From Pseudomonadota bacterium (GTDB lineage: Archaea; Thermoplasmatota; SW-10-69-26; JACQPN01; JAJPHT01), in the NCBI GenBank assembly GCA_021325135.1, contig JAJPHT010000030.1:32001-96000 (forward strand): a DNA stretch of 64,000 nt, read 5' to 3'. The notes beneath the pieces were generated by a model that had not been told where the DNA came from, made no database searches, and worked only from the letters and a program-made list of their open reading frames with translations. The first letter of the stretch is position 1. Every line of letters starts with the position of its first letter. Of this stretch, positions 18,766 to 27,711 are shown piece by piece. The position numbers and the translations under genes were made by a program.

Positions 18766-19340
18766 GGAGAGTTCTCGGTTGGCGGGGTTTCGTTCGACTT
18801 GGGCATCGGGAGGGGTTGGTCGCTGCGCAGACCGCAGGTGGGGCAGGCGTGCTCCGCGCCATCCAGGATGGGGGTCATGGTGGCGAGGCACGCGGGGCAA
18901 AGGAGGGCGCCGTGGTGACCAGCGTCGATGGTGTTGCCCTCGGCGTCGCGGATGCGGCAGCGGTGGCAGAGCTGTTCGACGTCCAAGGGGCCGGGGCGGC
19001 CGCATTGGGCGCAGGAGCCCAGGAGCTCCTCCCGAAGGTCCTCGTTGTCGCTCAGGTAGAGGGTCGGCTTCTCCGCGACATGCAGCTTGACCAGGCCGAC
19101 CTGCGTCAATTCCTGCGGCGTCGCCTCGGCCAGAATTTCGGTCCACGAGAGAGGGTCCTCCAGGACGAGCCGATTGGGGCCGAGCCGCTCCAGGACGTTC
19201 CACGCGAGCTCGGTGAGGGCCTGTTGGGCGTCGAGGTCGTGGGTCGCGAGGTAGGTCTCCGCTTCCCGGTGGGGCGGGCGGAGGGTGGGATCGTGCTTCT
19301 CGCGGACGAGGCGGAAGCTCTGACCGCTGCGGACCCTCAT
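18762..19340 (-). CDS. double zinc-ribbon protein
   Basis: CAQC, CHRC, CPAC, CPTC; ATGA-coupled to the FEN1-like gene. Confidence 0.7.
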   Translation of the reverse strand: MRVRSGQSFRLVREKHDPTLRPPHREAETYLATHDLDAQQALTELAWNVLERLGPNRLVLEDPLSWTEILAEATPQELTQVGLVKLHVAEKPTLYLSDNEDLREELLGSCAQCGRPGPLDVEQLCHRCRIRDAEGNTIDAGHHGALLCPACLATMTPILDGAEHACPTCGLRSDQPLPMPKSNETPPTENSP

Positions 19341-20338
19341 GCCATCGCCCCCGACGACGTCGGCGAGAGGAGGCTGGGGAAGCCCCACTCGACGCGGGAT
19401 AGGTCGGCGTCCGCGACGGGTTCTTGGTAGATGCGGCGCGCCGCGAACCAGGGCTCGGGGTTGGGAGCGTGTTCGCGCACGAGCTGCTCGAACCCCTCCT
19501 TGCGGAGGGCTTCCAGCGCACGCGGAAGCCCCTCGCCTCTGGCGCCACCCGGCAGCAGGGGGTCGGCGTAGTCGGTCATGCCGGCCACGACGTAGGCCTC
19601 CATGAGCTCCGTGGCGTCCCTGGCGCCGGTCACCTCGAGGAAGCCCGGTTGGGCCTCCGTGCCGCGCAGGGCTTGCCACCCGTTGCTCTGGGGCCAGTGG
19701 CGGCTGACGCGCTGCGCGCCGTGGAGCACGGTATCCATGTCGCGGGTCGCGGCGGTCCAGGCGTGGCCGTTGCGGCACCAGATGGCGGCCTGCGTTTCGG
19801 CCTCGCCGGGAGCGTGGCAGACGGGGAAGCCGGCCTCTTGGAGGGCGCGCGCGATGGCCTCGTGGTCGTCCGCCGTGAGGTGGACGGCCCGCCGGGCGCT
19901 CTTGCGGGCTTCGTGGTCGAGGGTTGCGACTTGGGCGCGCTTCGCGGCCTCCGCGGGCTCGCCGGGCCGGATGGTGCTGGCGAGTTCGCGCGCCTCTTGG
20001 GCGAGACGGGTGGCGTGCTCCTTGGCGGCCTCACGGGTCTCTCGACGGGCCTGAAGGGCGGCCTTCTTGGCCGCCGGGGCGGGCCCATCGAGGATGTAGA
20101 TCGGCAGCGCGTCGGGAACCTCCCCAACGAAACGCGTGGCGGCCTCAAGCGCAGCATGGATCCCGATCTGGCGCGCCGAGGCGCCCTCCAGGAGGACCTT
20201 GTCGTGCCGTTGGGCGACGAGGCGGTAGAAGTGGTTCCGAGCGTCCACCGCCCAGATGCGCACGCGCGGCCGCTCGTGGGCCGCGCCAGGAGTCTGGAAG
20301 GTGGTTGTCGGCTGCGTGGTCGGATGGGTGTTGGTCAT
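19337..20338 (-). CDS. FEN1/XPG-family flap endonuclease-like protein
   Basis: WAVDARN.FY, PIYILDG.AP..KK...RR, APGEAETQAA, ATRDMDTVLHGA, AGMTDY, GEG..RAL (H3TH-like). Confidence 0.88.
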   Translation of the reverse strand: MTNTHPTTQPTTTFQTPGAAHERPRVRIWAVDARNHFYRLVAQRHDKVLLEGASARQIGIHAALEAATRFVGEVPDALPIYILDGPAPAAKKAALQARRETREAAKEHATRLAQEARELASTIRPGEPAEAAKRAQVATLDHEARKSARRAVHLTADDHEAIARALQEAGFPVCHAPGEAETQAAIWCRNGHAWTAATRDMDTVLHGAQRVSRHWPQSNGWQALRGTEAQPGFLEVTGARDATELMEAYVVAGMTDYADPLLPGGARGEGLPRALEALRKEGFEQLVREHAPNPEPWFAARRIYQEPVADADLSRVEWGFPSLLSPTSSGAMA

Positions 20339-20371
20339 GGATTCTCCAAAGAGTCTTCGTCCAGGTTGCTG

Positions 20372-20385
20372 GGAAAAAAGGGGAG
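20372..20385 (-). terminator. Oligo-pyrimidine (CTCCCCTTTTTTCC) archaeal-type terminator candidate
   Basis: T6 tract directly after stop 20386 and just before motif 20352-20364. Confidence 0.4.
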
Positions 20386-20925
20386 TCAAGAGATCGCGTG
20401 GGCGGGTGGCGGTTGTGCCAGGCGCGCCTCGAGGCTGGACGCGTCTGGGAACGCCTCGCACCGAACGCCCTTCGCGGAGGTCGTCACGAGGAGGGCGTGG
20501 GCGAAGCGCAAGAGCCGGGCGTCCCGAGGCGACACGGCGGGTGCGCGCGTCGCGAGGTAGTCACGGAGCTCGGTCCAGGCAGCGTGGTCCTGCCACGCTG
20601 GGAGCCAGCTCTTTGCGGGCGCGCAGCGCGCGCTCGAAGAGCGCGTGGAATGATTCGGGCAAGAGGCAGAGCCGCCTGCCATCGGGAAGTTTCGCTCCCA
20701 CGCCGTGGTCGAGTAGGAATGTGTCTCCTCCGGGTTCGGGTTGGCTTGCTCGTAGGCGCGGCTGAGGAGGCGCATCACGTCGGCCTCGGCTGGCGCGCCG
20801 AGGGGAATCGCGATGTGTATGCTCACGCGGCCGTCGTCCTGGAGGATGCGAGCTTGGCCGGCGTAGGTGACGCCATCGAGGTCGATGCCGGCCTCGTGGG
20901 GGCTGGTGTCCACTGGCTTGTTCAT
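20386..20925 (-). CDS. hypothetical protein
   Basis: Motif 20940-20952 plus GGAG. Confidence 0.65.
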   Translation of the reverse strand: MNKPVDTSPHEAGIDLDGVTYAGQARILQDDGRVSIHIAIPLGAPAEADVMRLLSRAYEQANPNPEETHSYSTTAWERNFPMAGGSASCPNHSTRSSSARCAPAKSWLPAWQDHAAWTELRDYLATRAPAVSPRDARLLRFAHALLVTTSAKGVRCEAFPDASSLEARLAQPPPAHAIS

Positions 20926-20973
20926 GATCTCCAAAATGAGGGCTTGGTCCAGGGCTTGGGGGTTGGCCGTGGA

Positions 20974-22395
20974 TTAGGGGAGGTAGGCGAGGTAGGCCTG
21001 AGTGGGCCCACCCAGCGCGCCGTACGTAGTCTGCTCGCCGGCTTCCATGGCGGGGAAGGCGTCTGGGATGGTGACGTCGAGCCGCGAGCAGACGTCGCGA
21101 ATGGCTTGGAAGTCCGTGGCGAGGCAGTGCTGGTTGCTCAACGCGCTCAGCGTGGGCAAGGCGGGGGGCGCGGGGAGGTGGGGTTCGGTGCGGATGAGAC
21201 CCACGACGTCCTCGCCGTTGAGGGGCCCGGCGTTGGCGTTCGCGCCCACGGGCGTGCCCCACCAGTCGAGGAGGCTGTAGACGGTGTGGGCCGGATCGCC
21301 CAGGACGGGGATCGGCGGCGTGGCGGGACGCTGGGGATTCGGCGCCACGAGGAGGGGCGCGTACCACTTGCCCGTGCTGGCGGCGGTGGCGCTGCTGCTC
21401 GCGGCGGGCATGGCGGTGGGGTTGCTGGACTCGTTCCACCAGAACGGGTACCCGTTGCACGTCCAGGGATTCGTCACGAGCGAGGGATCCCCCGATGTCG
21501 TGGGGGCTGCCGTGTAGACGACTTGGGCGTACCAGAAGCTCAGGCTGAAGCTGCTGTCGCTCGTCGTCACCGTCGTGCTCGGCTCCGTGTGCTGGTCGAT
21601 GAAGACGCCGTTGAGGTTGCCCTCGAAGTTCGTGCTCTTGACGGTGGGTGTGGCGCCTTCTTCGACGACGAGGCCCGCGCCATTGCTGCTGTCAATACCC
21701 GTGGGGCTCGCGGGGTCGTGGTGCATGACCCAACCGTCGCGGCGGAAAAGATCACCGTAGAAGATCCAGTTCGTCGTGGGGCCGGTGAAGCGGGCGCCGC
21801 TGCCGTAGTTGTACTTCAGGTCTGTGTAGCTCACGTTGCCGCTGCTGGTGCCCTCGACGAGGATCCCGCTGCGCAGGGCTTGCTGGATGTTGCTGTTGAC
21901 GACATGGATGCCTTGGCTGTCCACCACGTGGAGGCCGTAGAGCGCGTCGTGGGGGCTTGGGCTGACCTCGTCGGCGGGCAGGGGAACGAAGCCGATCCCG
22001 TCGATGCAAGCGACCATCTCGCCGTAGATGGCGAAGGTCGTCAGGCCGGTGAGTTCGACGTAGTCGGTGTGGATGATCTCGCCCCCGCTGGGGTAGCCGT
22101 GGTCGGCGAGGTCGTGCAGGTCGAGGCTGCGGCTCTCCACGACGTAGGGGTCGCTGGTGGTTCCGGTCCCCGTGATGCCGCGCGTGTCGTACTCGAGCCC
22201 GTGGTAGCAGTCGGCGGGGGCGCCGTCCACGAAAGCGAATGGACCGAGGGGAGCGGGGTCTTGCCAGTGGGCGTCTCCGCAGGCGTATCGGGGGGGCGTG
22301 AAGCTGGGGTCTGCTCCTGCTGGCGGCGTGACGGGATTGAGGCCGACGAGGAAGGTGGCGATGAGGAGGCCCAAGAGGGCGGGGATGGTTCTCAT
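20974..22395 (-). CDS. secreted right-handed parallel beta-helix protein
   Basis: Signal peptide MRTIPALLGLLIATFLVG; GTGT.SDPYV; GLHV, GILV, NF.GNLNGVFI repeats. Confidence 0.75.
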   Translation of the reverse strand: MRTIPALLGLLIATFLVGLNPVTPPAGADPSFTPPRYACGDAHWQDPAPLGPFAFVDGAPADCYHGLEYDTRGITGTGTTSDPYVVESRSLDLHDLADHGYPSGGEIIHTDYVELTGLTTFAIYGEMVACIDGIGFVPLPADEVSPSPHDALYGLHVVDSQGIHVVNSNIQQALRSGILVEGTSSGNVSYTDLKYNYGSGARFTGPTTNWIFYGDLFRRDGWVMHHDPASPTGIDSSNGAGLVVEEGATPTVKSTNFEGNLNGVFIDQHTEPSTTVTTSDSSFSLSFWYAQVVYTAAPTTSGDPSLVTNPWTCNGYPFWWNESSNPTAMPAASSSATAASTGKWYAPLLVAPNPQRPATPPIPVLGDPAHTVYSLLDWWGTPVGANANAGPLNGEDVVGLIRTEPHLPAPPALPTLSALSNQHCLATDFQAIRDVCSRLDVTIPDAFPAMEAGEQTTYGALGGPTQAYLAYLP

Positions 22396-22504
22396 GAGGT
22401 TGTCTCCGAAGGGTAGGGCTTCGTTCACGTGGCCCCGATGTGGGACAGGCGCGTCCCGGTCGCGGGGCTGGAGGTTCTCCTATTTGTGGGGATCGTACGC
22501 GGGC

Positions 22505-24046
22505 TCAGAAGAGGGCCGCGAGTTCCACGGCCCGCGTGGAACCGCCGCGGTTCAACAGAGCGCATTGGGCGCGGCGGCGCAGCCGCGCGCTGAGCGCGGC
22601 CAAGGCGGCGTCGCCCAATTCCAACCGGGCCTCCTTCGCCGCCTCGCTGGCGGCGTCAAGATCGCCCGAGTCGATCAGGCCGTTGCAGCGCTCTTCGAGC
22701 CGGTGGATGCGCCGGGTCAGCCGGCGCTCCTCGGTGGGCGAAAGGGGCGCGCGCGGCGCAATCTGCACCTCCACGAGGCTCGCCGCTTCAACCTGAAGCT
22801 TCTGCGCCGGCTGGGCGGGCGCACGAGGCGTCCTGCTGCCGCGGAGGCGGAGGTTCGCCTCCAGCGCCAGGAGACGCCCAGCCAGATGGGCCAAGGGCTC
22901 ACCCGTCTTGAGTTGGGCCTGCTCGAAAAGGGCGCGTGCCTTCTCCGTCTTGCCCTGCCGGATCAGATCCGTGCACATGCGCTCGATGCCCCCAAGGTAC
23001 TGGAACCGGGCCTCGGCGCGCGTCTTGCCGTCGAGGCGGTGCCGCGCCACGACCGCGTTGAGGCGCCCCGCGAGGCTGGGCAGGGGCTCACCACTGAGGC
23101 GGCTGAGCTCCTCGGCCAAGCTCATGGCCTTCTGGGCGTAGCCCGCCTCCAGCATCCGAACGATGTCCGCCTCCGTCTCCTGTGCCGCCTGGCGAGCGGC
23201 GCGGGCCTGGGCGCTCTCGAGCCGGGCCCGGACGCGCTCCAGGCGCCCCTCTAGGGTGGCCTCGGCGCGCCCGAGCAGGGCCTCCGCCGTCGCGAGTTCG
23301 CCGGCGCGGATGAGGTCGTGGAGTTCGCGGCCCACGCCGCGCGCGTACTCGGCGCGCGCCGTGTCGATCTGGTCACGTAGCTCGTAGTAGATGTACCCGC
23401 AGACCTGCTCCGCGTGCGCGACGGCTTGCGCCGCCTCTCGGATGCGCTGTTCGCCCAAGAGCGTGGGCGTGGTGGCTTCCAGGTGGGTGCGCCAGGCCTC
23501 GATGACGCTGTCGCGGGCGGGGTTGTCGGGCAGACCCGTGAGGCGCTCCATGGCCTGCTCGCGCTCCATCGCCTTCTCGAACTCGCCCTGCGCGATGAGC
23601 CGCTTGATGTCGTCCTGTTCGGGCGCGGTTGCCTCGCGCAAGAGACCACAGAGCAGGTTGTAGAGCTTCGGGAAGCGCTCATTGGCGAACGCCTCGAAGG
23701 CCGCGAGTAGGCTGAACGCCTGGGTGAAGCGCTTCTCGCGCCTCACCCTCGGGTCGCGAGCGATCTCTTCGATCACGCTGCGGATGCGGCTCACCGGCAC
23801 GCCGCTCACGCGCAGGTCTGTGAGCAGCTCATGGTTGGCCGGCGTTCGGATCAGGCCGCTCTCGAAGGCGGCCGTCGGGTGCAGTTGGGGACGCTTGCGA
23901 CGCGGCCCATTGGCGGGTGTGTTCGCGTCGATCGCGGTGGCGGCGCTGCTCGTTGTGAGTGGAACTTCACCGGGCAGGGCGACGGGCGCGTTCGCGGCCG
24001 TCTGCGTCGTCGAGTTGTCGATCTGGCTTTCGCTAAGGGATGTCAT
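22505..24046 (-). CDS. alpha-helical repeat protein
   Basis: LI..G...A repeats; motif 24065-24077. Confidence 0.75.
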   Translation of the reverse strand: MTSLSESQIDNSTTQTAANAPVALPGEVPLTTSSAATAIDANTPANGPRRKRPQLHPTAAFESGLIRTPANHELLTDLRVSGVPVSRIRSVIEEIARDPRVRREKRFTQAFSLLAAFEAFANERFPKLYNLLCGLLREATAPEQDDIKRLIAQGEFEKAMEREQAMERLTGLPDNPARDSVIEAWRTHLEATTPTLLGEQRIREAAQAVAHAEQVCGYIYYELRDQIDTARAEYARGVGRELHDLIRAGELATAEALLGRAEATLEGRLERVRARLESAQARAARQAAQETEADIVRMLEAGYAQKAMSLAEELSRLSGEPLPSLAGRLNAVVARHRLDGKTRAEARFQYLGGIERMCTDLIRQGKTEKARALFEQAQLKTGEPLAHLAGRLLALEANLRLRGSRTPRAPAQPAQKLQVEAASLVEVQIAPRAPLSPTEERRLTRRIHRLEERCNGLIDSGDLDAASEAAKEARLELGDAALAALSARLRRRAQCALLNRGGSTRAVELAALF

Positions 24047-24164
24047 GCTGAATTCTCCAGAATTGGTCTTGGTTCAGGCTGGGGCTCGGTGGGCGCCTCG
24101 CGCCTAGGGGCGACCCAATGGGTCAGAGAGGCGCGACGCGTTGCGACCCGGCCGCAGGGCGTGG

Positions 24165-24668
24165 TCAGAAGGCCGCGAGGGCGGCGGCTCCGGCGGCGAG
24201 CAAGAGGAGCCCGACGAAGAGGGCGTGGCGACGCGGCGTGGCGTGCGCCTCGCGGGGAAGGATGGTCACGAGCGCGGCCAGGCCCGTTAGGTTGATCGCG
24301 TCGCCCACGTGCACAAGGCGCTCATCCTGGCCCCCATGCGCGAGTTCGAAGCCGATCAGGCCGACCTGGCACGTGATCAGGATCCCGTAGAGGACCGTGA
24401 GTGCTCGTGTGGCGCGCGAGCTCGTCGGCGCGACCTTCCCGGGCGCCTGATCTCCCGCCTTTTGCGCAGTCTCCTCTGCGGTGATGCGTGGGCGCAGGCG
24501 GTAGTAGGCGGCCGCGACGGCGAGGAGGAAGACCGCGTGAACGGTGGCGATCGTCCCGAGGGAGGCATGTGGGCCCCCCTTGAGGACCCGCAGGACGCGG
24601 TCGAGGTCTTGCAGGAGGGCCGTGACGACCACGGCGAGGCAGAGGGCGTCCGTGAGCCTCTCACCCAT
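24165..24668 (-). CDS. integral membrane protein (about 5 TM)
   Basis: Hydrophobic segments; abuts the upstream stop. Confidence 0.65.
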   Translation of the reverse strand: MGERLTDALCLAVVVTALLQDLDRVLRVLKGGPHASLGTIATVHAVFLLAVAAAYYRLRPRITAEETAQKAGDQAPGKVAPTSSRATRALTVLYGILITCQVGLIGFELAHGGQDERLVHVGDAINLTGLAALVTILPREAHATPRRHALFVGLLLLAAGAAALAAF

Positions 24669-25061
24669 CTAGTTCGCCCCCTGGGCGAGCAGCGTGAGGT
24701 GCTCCTCGACGGCCTCGCGGAGCTCGTCGTCGAAGAGTTCCTCCGGCACAAGCATGTCCTCAAAGCGCTGCTCCGCTTGGGCGCGCAGCTCGTCGTCGAA
24801 GATGATCTCCGGGCTCGTGGCTGCGGTGTAGAGGGCGCGCTCGGCCAGCCGGCGCTCCTCATCGTCGAGGATTTCCTCGGGCGCGGGTCCGTGGTAGGCG
24901 TGCTCCTCTTGGCGGCGGGCCACCTCGTTGCGCAGCGCGTCGTCGAGGATCTCTTCGAGGACGAGGTCCGCGACATGCAGGCCCCGCTGGGTCGGGACGA
25001 GCGTGGGGATGGGCTGGTTGTTCGTGAGGTCGTTCAGGTCGAACATGGTGGTTGCGTTCAT
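24669..25061 (-). CDS. acidic repeat protein
   Basis: Four E(E/I)(I/L)(L/F)DD..R repeats. Confidence 0.75.
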   Translation of the reverse strand: MNATTMFDLNDLTNNQPIPTLVPTQRGLHVADLVLEEILDDALRNEVARRQEEHAYHGPAPEEILDDEERRLAERALYTAATSPEIIFDDELRAQAEQRFEDMLVPEELFDDELREAVEEHLTLLAQGAN

Positions 25062-25327
25062 GTGTGGATTCCTTTCCTGTTGGTTGCGCGGCAGAGCTCA
25101 CGCTCGGCCGCAGGTGGTCAATGGGATCGCCCATCTGGGCGGACGGCCTTCCTAGGCAATCCTCAGGGGCGAGACTTCCCAGTCGTGGTCCTCGCCAGCT
25201 TCCCAATCTTGGGGGTTGCCGGCGATCTCTTCCGCCTCACGGTGCGGAAGTGGTTCACCTCAGCCTGGTCTGCGCGGTCGAGGGCTCACGCTGATGCGCG
25301 AGGTCGAGGTGCAGAAGAGTGGGGTGT

Positions 25328-25594
25328 TCAGGCGGGGATGAGGTCGCCGTGGACGTAGGCGAGGTCCACGGCGAGTTCCAGGTCGGTGACCTCCCCCGGT
25401 GCGAGGTAGGTCCGCGTGGGGGAGCCGGTCTCGTCGAAGAGGCGGACGGCGAGGCGTCCGTCGCTTCGCTGGGTCCAGACCTCGGCTTCGTAGGTCGCGA
25501 TGGGGCCCAAGTCGCGCGGGCAGCGGGGGCCGACGTCGTAGCCGCAGCCGTTGGGCCACGCGCGGATCGGCCGCTGCGCCCTCGTCCTGGGCAT
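25328..25594 (-). CDS. hypothetical protein
   Basis: TAATG coupling with the upstream gene. Confidence 0.6.
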   Translation of the reverse strand: MPRTRAQRPIRAWPNGCGYDVGPRCPRDLGPIATYEAEVWTQRSDGRLAVRLFDETGSPTRTYLAPGEVTDLELAVDLAYVHGDLIPA

Positions 25595-25971
25595 TAGGAT
25601 CGCCTCCGCTTGGCGAGGCGCTTCGTGGCGTCCGCCATGGCCTTGGCGCCGTCGAGGTAGTACGTCGTGTGGCGTTCCTTGTCCTCGTTCCGGCTGCCGC
25701 CGCGGAGGAGGCTTCCGCCGATGATCCAGTCCGCGTGTCTCTCGGGTGTTGTCTCGAAGCAGATGTCTTCGAGCGTCGAGTCGGGCGTGGGGTCCTGGAC
25801 GATCCAGAAGCTCGTCAGGCGGCCATCGCCCGAATCCTTCAGAAGATCCCGGGCGTGGGCGAGGGCGCGCCCGAGGTCTTCACTGGGCGCCGTCTTGGTT
25901 GCGTGCGCGCTGCGGACGATTTGGCTGAGGGCTGCTTCGAGTTGAGCGACGCGGCACTCGGCGGGCTTCAT
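25594..25971 (-). CDS. hypothetical protein
   Basis: FWIVQDPTPDSTLEDICFET motif. Confidence 0.7.
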   Translation of the reverse strand: MKPAECRVAQLEAALSQIVRSAHATKTAPSEDLGRALAHARDLLKDSGDGRLTSFWIVQDPTPDSTLEDICFETTPERHADWIIGGSLLRGGSRNEDKERHTTYYLDGAKAMADATKRLAKRRRS

Positions 25972-26489
25972 TGCGTGGCCCCCTGCCAGGTCGGGCGAGG
26001 CATTCCCGTTGGAGGGAGCGCGCTGCGCTCCTTCTGCTTGGCGCGTTCGTGGCGTGCCCGGTCTTGGCGCGGTGCGTTGCGGCGCCTGGGTCGGGTCCGC
26101 ACGAGGTTGACGTCGATCAGGCTGGGGGTGTTCTTTCGGAAGTGGTCGATGACGAACATGGTGTCACATCACGCAGAATTCGTGGGCCGCGGTGGGACCG
26201 CGGCGCAGGTTTTTCGGGAGGGCGCTGGGCGGAGGACCCAGCGCGCGAGGCGGGGCTCTTACATCCGTGTAGAGCACACCAGCCGGCCAGGATGGACCGG
26301 CTTGTGTCCCGTCGGATGGCGGCGGCTGCGTTGTCGGGGGGTTTCTTGGGTTTCCTGATGGCGGTGGCTCTCATGCGTTTCACCTGTGGGTCCCCTCCGG
26401 GCTTGCACCGGAACCTGCCCACGGAAGGGCAGGGAAGCGTCTCGTGGGACCAATGGAGAAGCCAGGCGCGCTCCTGGGTGTGCGCCTGG

Positions 26490-26903
26490 TCAGAACGAGT
26501 GGCGGCGCGAGGTCGATTTGCGGCGGAGGCGCTCGCGCAGGCGGGTGACGGCCCCGCCAGCGCCGAAGAGATCATTGACCTCTTGGCGGCTGACGCGCTT
26601 GAGCCTCCGCAGCGTGATCTCGCCGAGCAATTCCAGGACGGGGCCGGGCCTTGGCTCCAGGGGGTGCCGCGCGCGGTCCTGGGGGTGTCGCCGCGGGTGT
26701 CCCCAGGGCGGTTCTCGGAAGGCGAGGAACTTGCCGATCACGCGCCCCTTGGGACCACGGCGTGGTACGGCCTCCTGGGCGGCTTCGCGGGCTTGGCGGA
26801 GGCGTGCGGGTCTTCCGCCGGCGGAAGGGGTTGCCTCCAGTCCGGCGGCGTGGAGCAGGACGCGGAGGGCCTCGCACCCCTCCTCGGGGAAAAGGTCCGT
26901 CAT
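26490..26903 (-). CDS. hypothetical protein
   Basis: MTDLF..., TGATG coupling; REPPW...ELLGEITLRRL..VS. Confidence 0.5.
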   Translation of the reverse strand: MTDLFPEEGCEALRVLLHAAGLEATPSAGGRPARLRQAREAAQEAVPRRGPKGRVIGKFLAFREPPWGHPRRHPQDRARHPLEPRPGPVLELLGEITLRRLKRVSRQEVNDLFGAGGAVTRLRERLRRKSTSRRHSF

Positions 26904-27147
26904 CAGCTCCCCGCTCCCTCGGGTCCGTAGAGGTTCCAGATCTTGTTCTGGGCGAGGTGCTGGGCGTAATCCTCGAGATCGTGCTCCAGGCGCTGGATGG
27001 CGTCCAGGGGGATGCCGTTCTGGCGGAGGCGCTCGATCACGGCCAGGGGGATCATTGTCCACTCCTTGCGCGCCTGCGCGGGCGCGCTGCGTGATGCCTG
27101 GCTCACGAGCACCAATATGAGTCTTCGGCACGCACCCCCCGGGCTCC

Positions 27148-27489
27148 TCAGAGCCATCCGAGGGCGCGGGCCACCTCCTCGTGCGCCTTCACGTGGCCGG
27201 TGAGGCGCCAGTACCACTCTGCAATGCGCAACCTCAGGGCGGCTCCGCGAGGCGGGGCGTCGAGGTGGTCGCGCGCCTGGTGCAGCGCGCAGAGCCAGGC
27301 CTCGCGGGCGATGGCTTCGCGGACTACGCCAGAGCGGCGCGCGTGGTGTGTCCTCTTGCGGACCTCGTGGTCGTACCAGACGGCGAACGTGCGGCTGGCG
27401 CGGACGCCCGCCGCGCGGGCAGGGCACGCCACGCCCTTGATTTCGTCGGCGCCGTACGCAAAGCGCGCGACGGATCGGCTCGCGAGCAC
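27148..27489 (-). CDS. hypothetical protein
   Basis: 113-aa ORF in the co-oriented array. Confidence 0.5.
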   Translation of the reverse strand: MLASRSVARFAYGADEIKGVACPARAAGVRASRTFAVWYDHEVRKRTHHARRSGVVREAIAREAWLCALHQARDHLDAPPRGAALRLRIAEWYWRLTGHVKAHEEVARALGWL

Positions 27490-27711
27490 GGGTTCAGGCC
27501 TCCAGATCCGCTGCGGGTTCGCCGCGCAGATTGGCCCGCGGGATGGGGTATTCGCGCCAGTCGAGCGGGACGTGTGCGGGGAGCACGATGGCGCGCTGGA
27601 GGCGCGAAGCGCTCGGGGCGAAGATGCGGGGCGTTCGGCTGCGGGTCGTCTTGGAGATCTTGCTGTCGCTGGTTGTCATGGGTCATTCCTCAGAAAGTCC
27701 GGGACTGATGT

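Larger units (their letters stand above)
530..24077 (-). repeat. Dispersed start-associated ~13-nt motif family, consensus YTGRACSAAGHCY, 25 copies plus 2 weaker
   Basis: Copies at 530-542, 1524-1536, 2013-2025, 2867-2879, 3840-3853, 5100-5112, 5779-5791, 7584-7596, 9233-9245, 10078-10090, 10335-10347, 11258-11270, 11688-11700, 13444-13456, 13717-13729, 14131-14143, 15092-15104, 15788-15800, 17017-17029, 17683-17695, 18492-18504, 20352-20364, 20940-20952, 22416-22428, 24065-24077. Each lies 12-20 nt upstream of an ATG on the minus strand. Weaker or unpositioned copies at 17103-17115 and 18785-18797. Confidence 0.9.

Noticed and set aside
530-24077. Motif array read as CRISPR or classical attC integron
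   Set aside because: Repeats are only ~13 nt, degenerate and separated by whole genes. No cas or intI gene and no attC R/L box palindromes.
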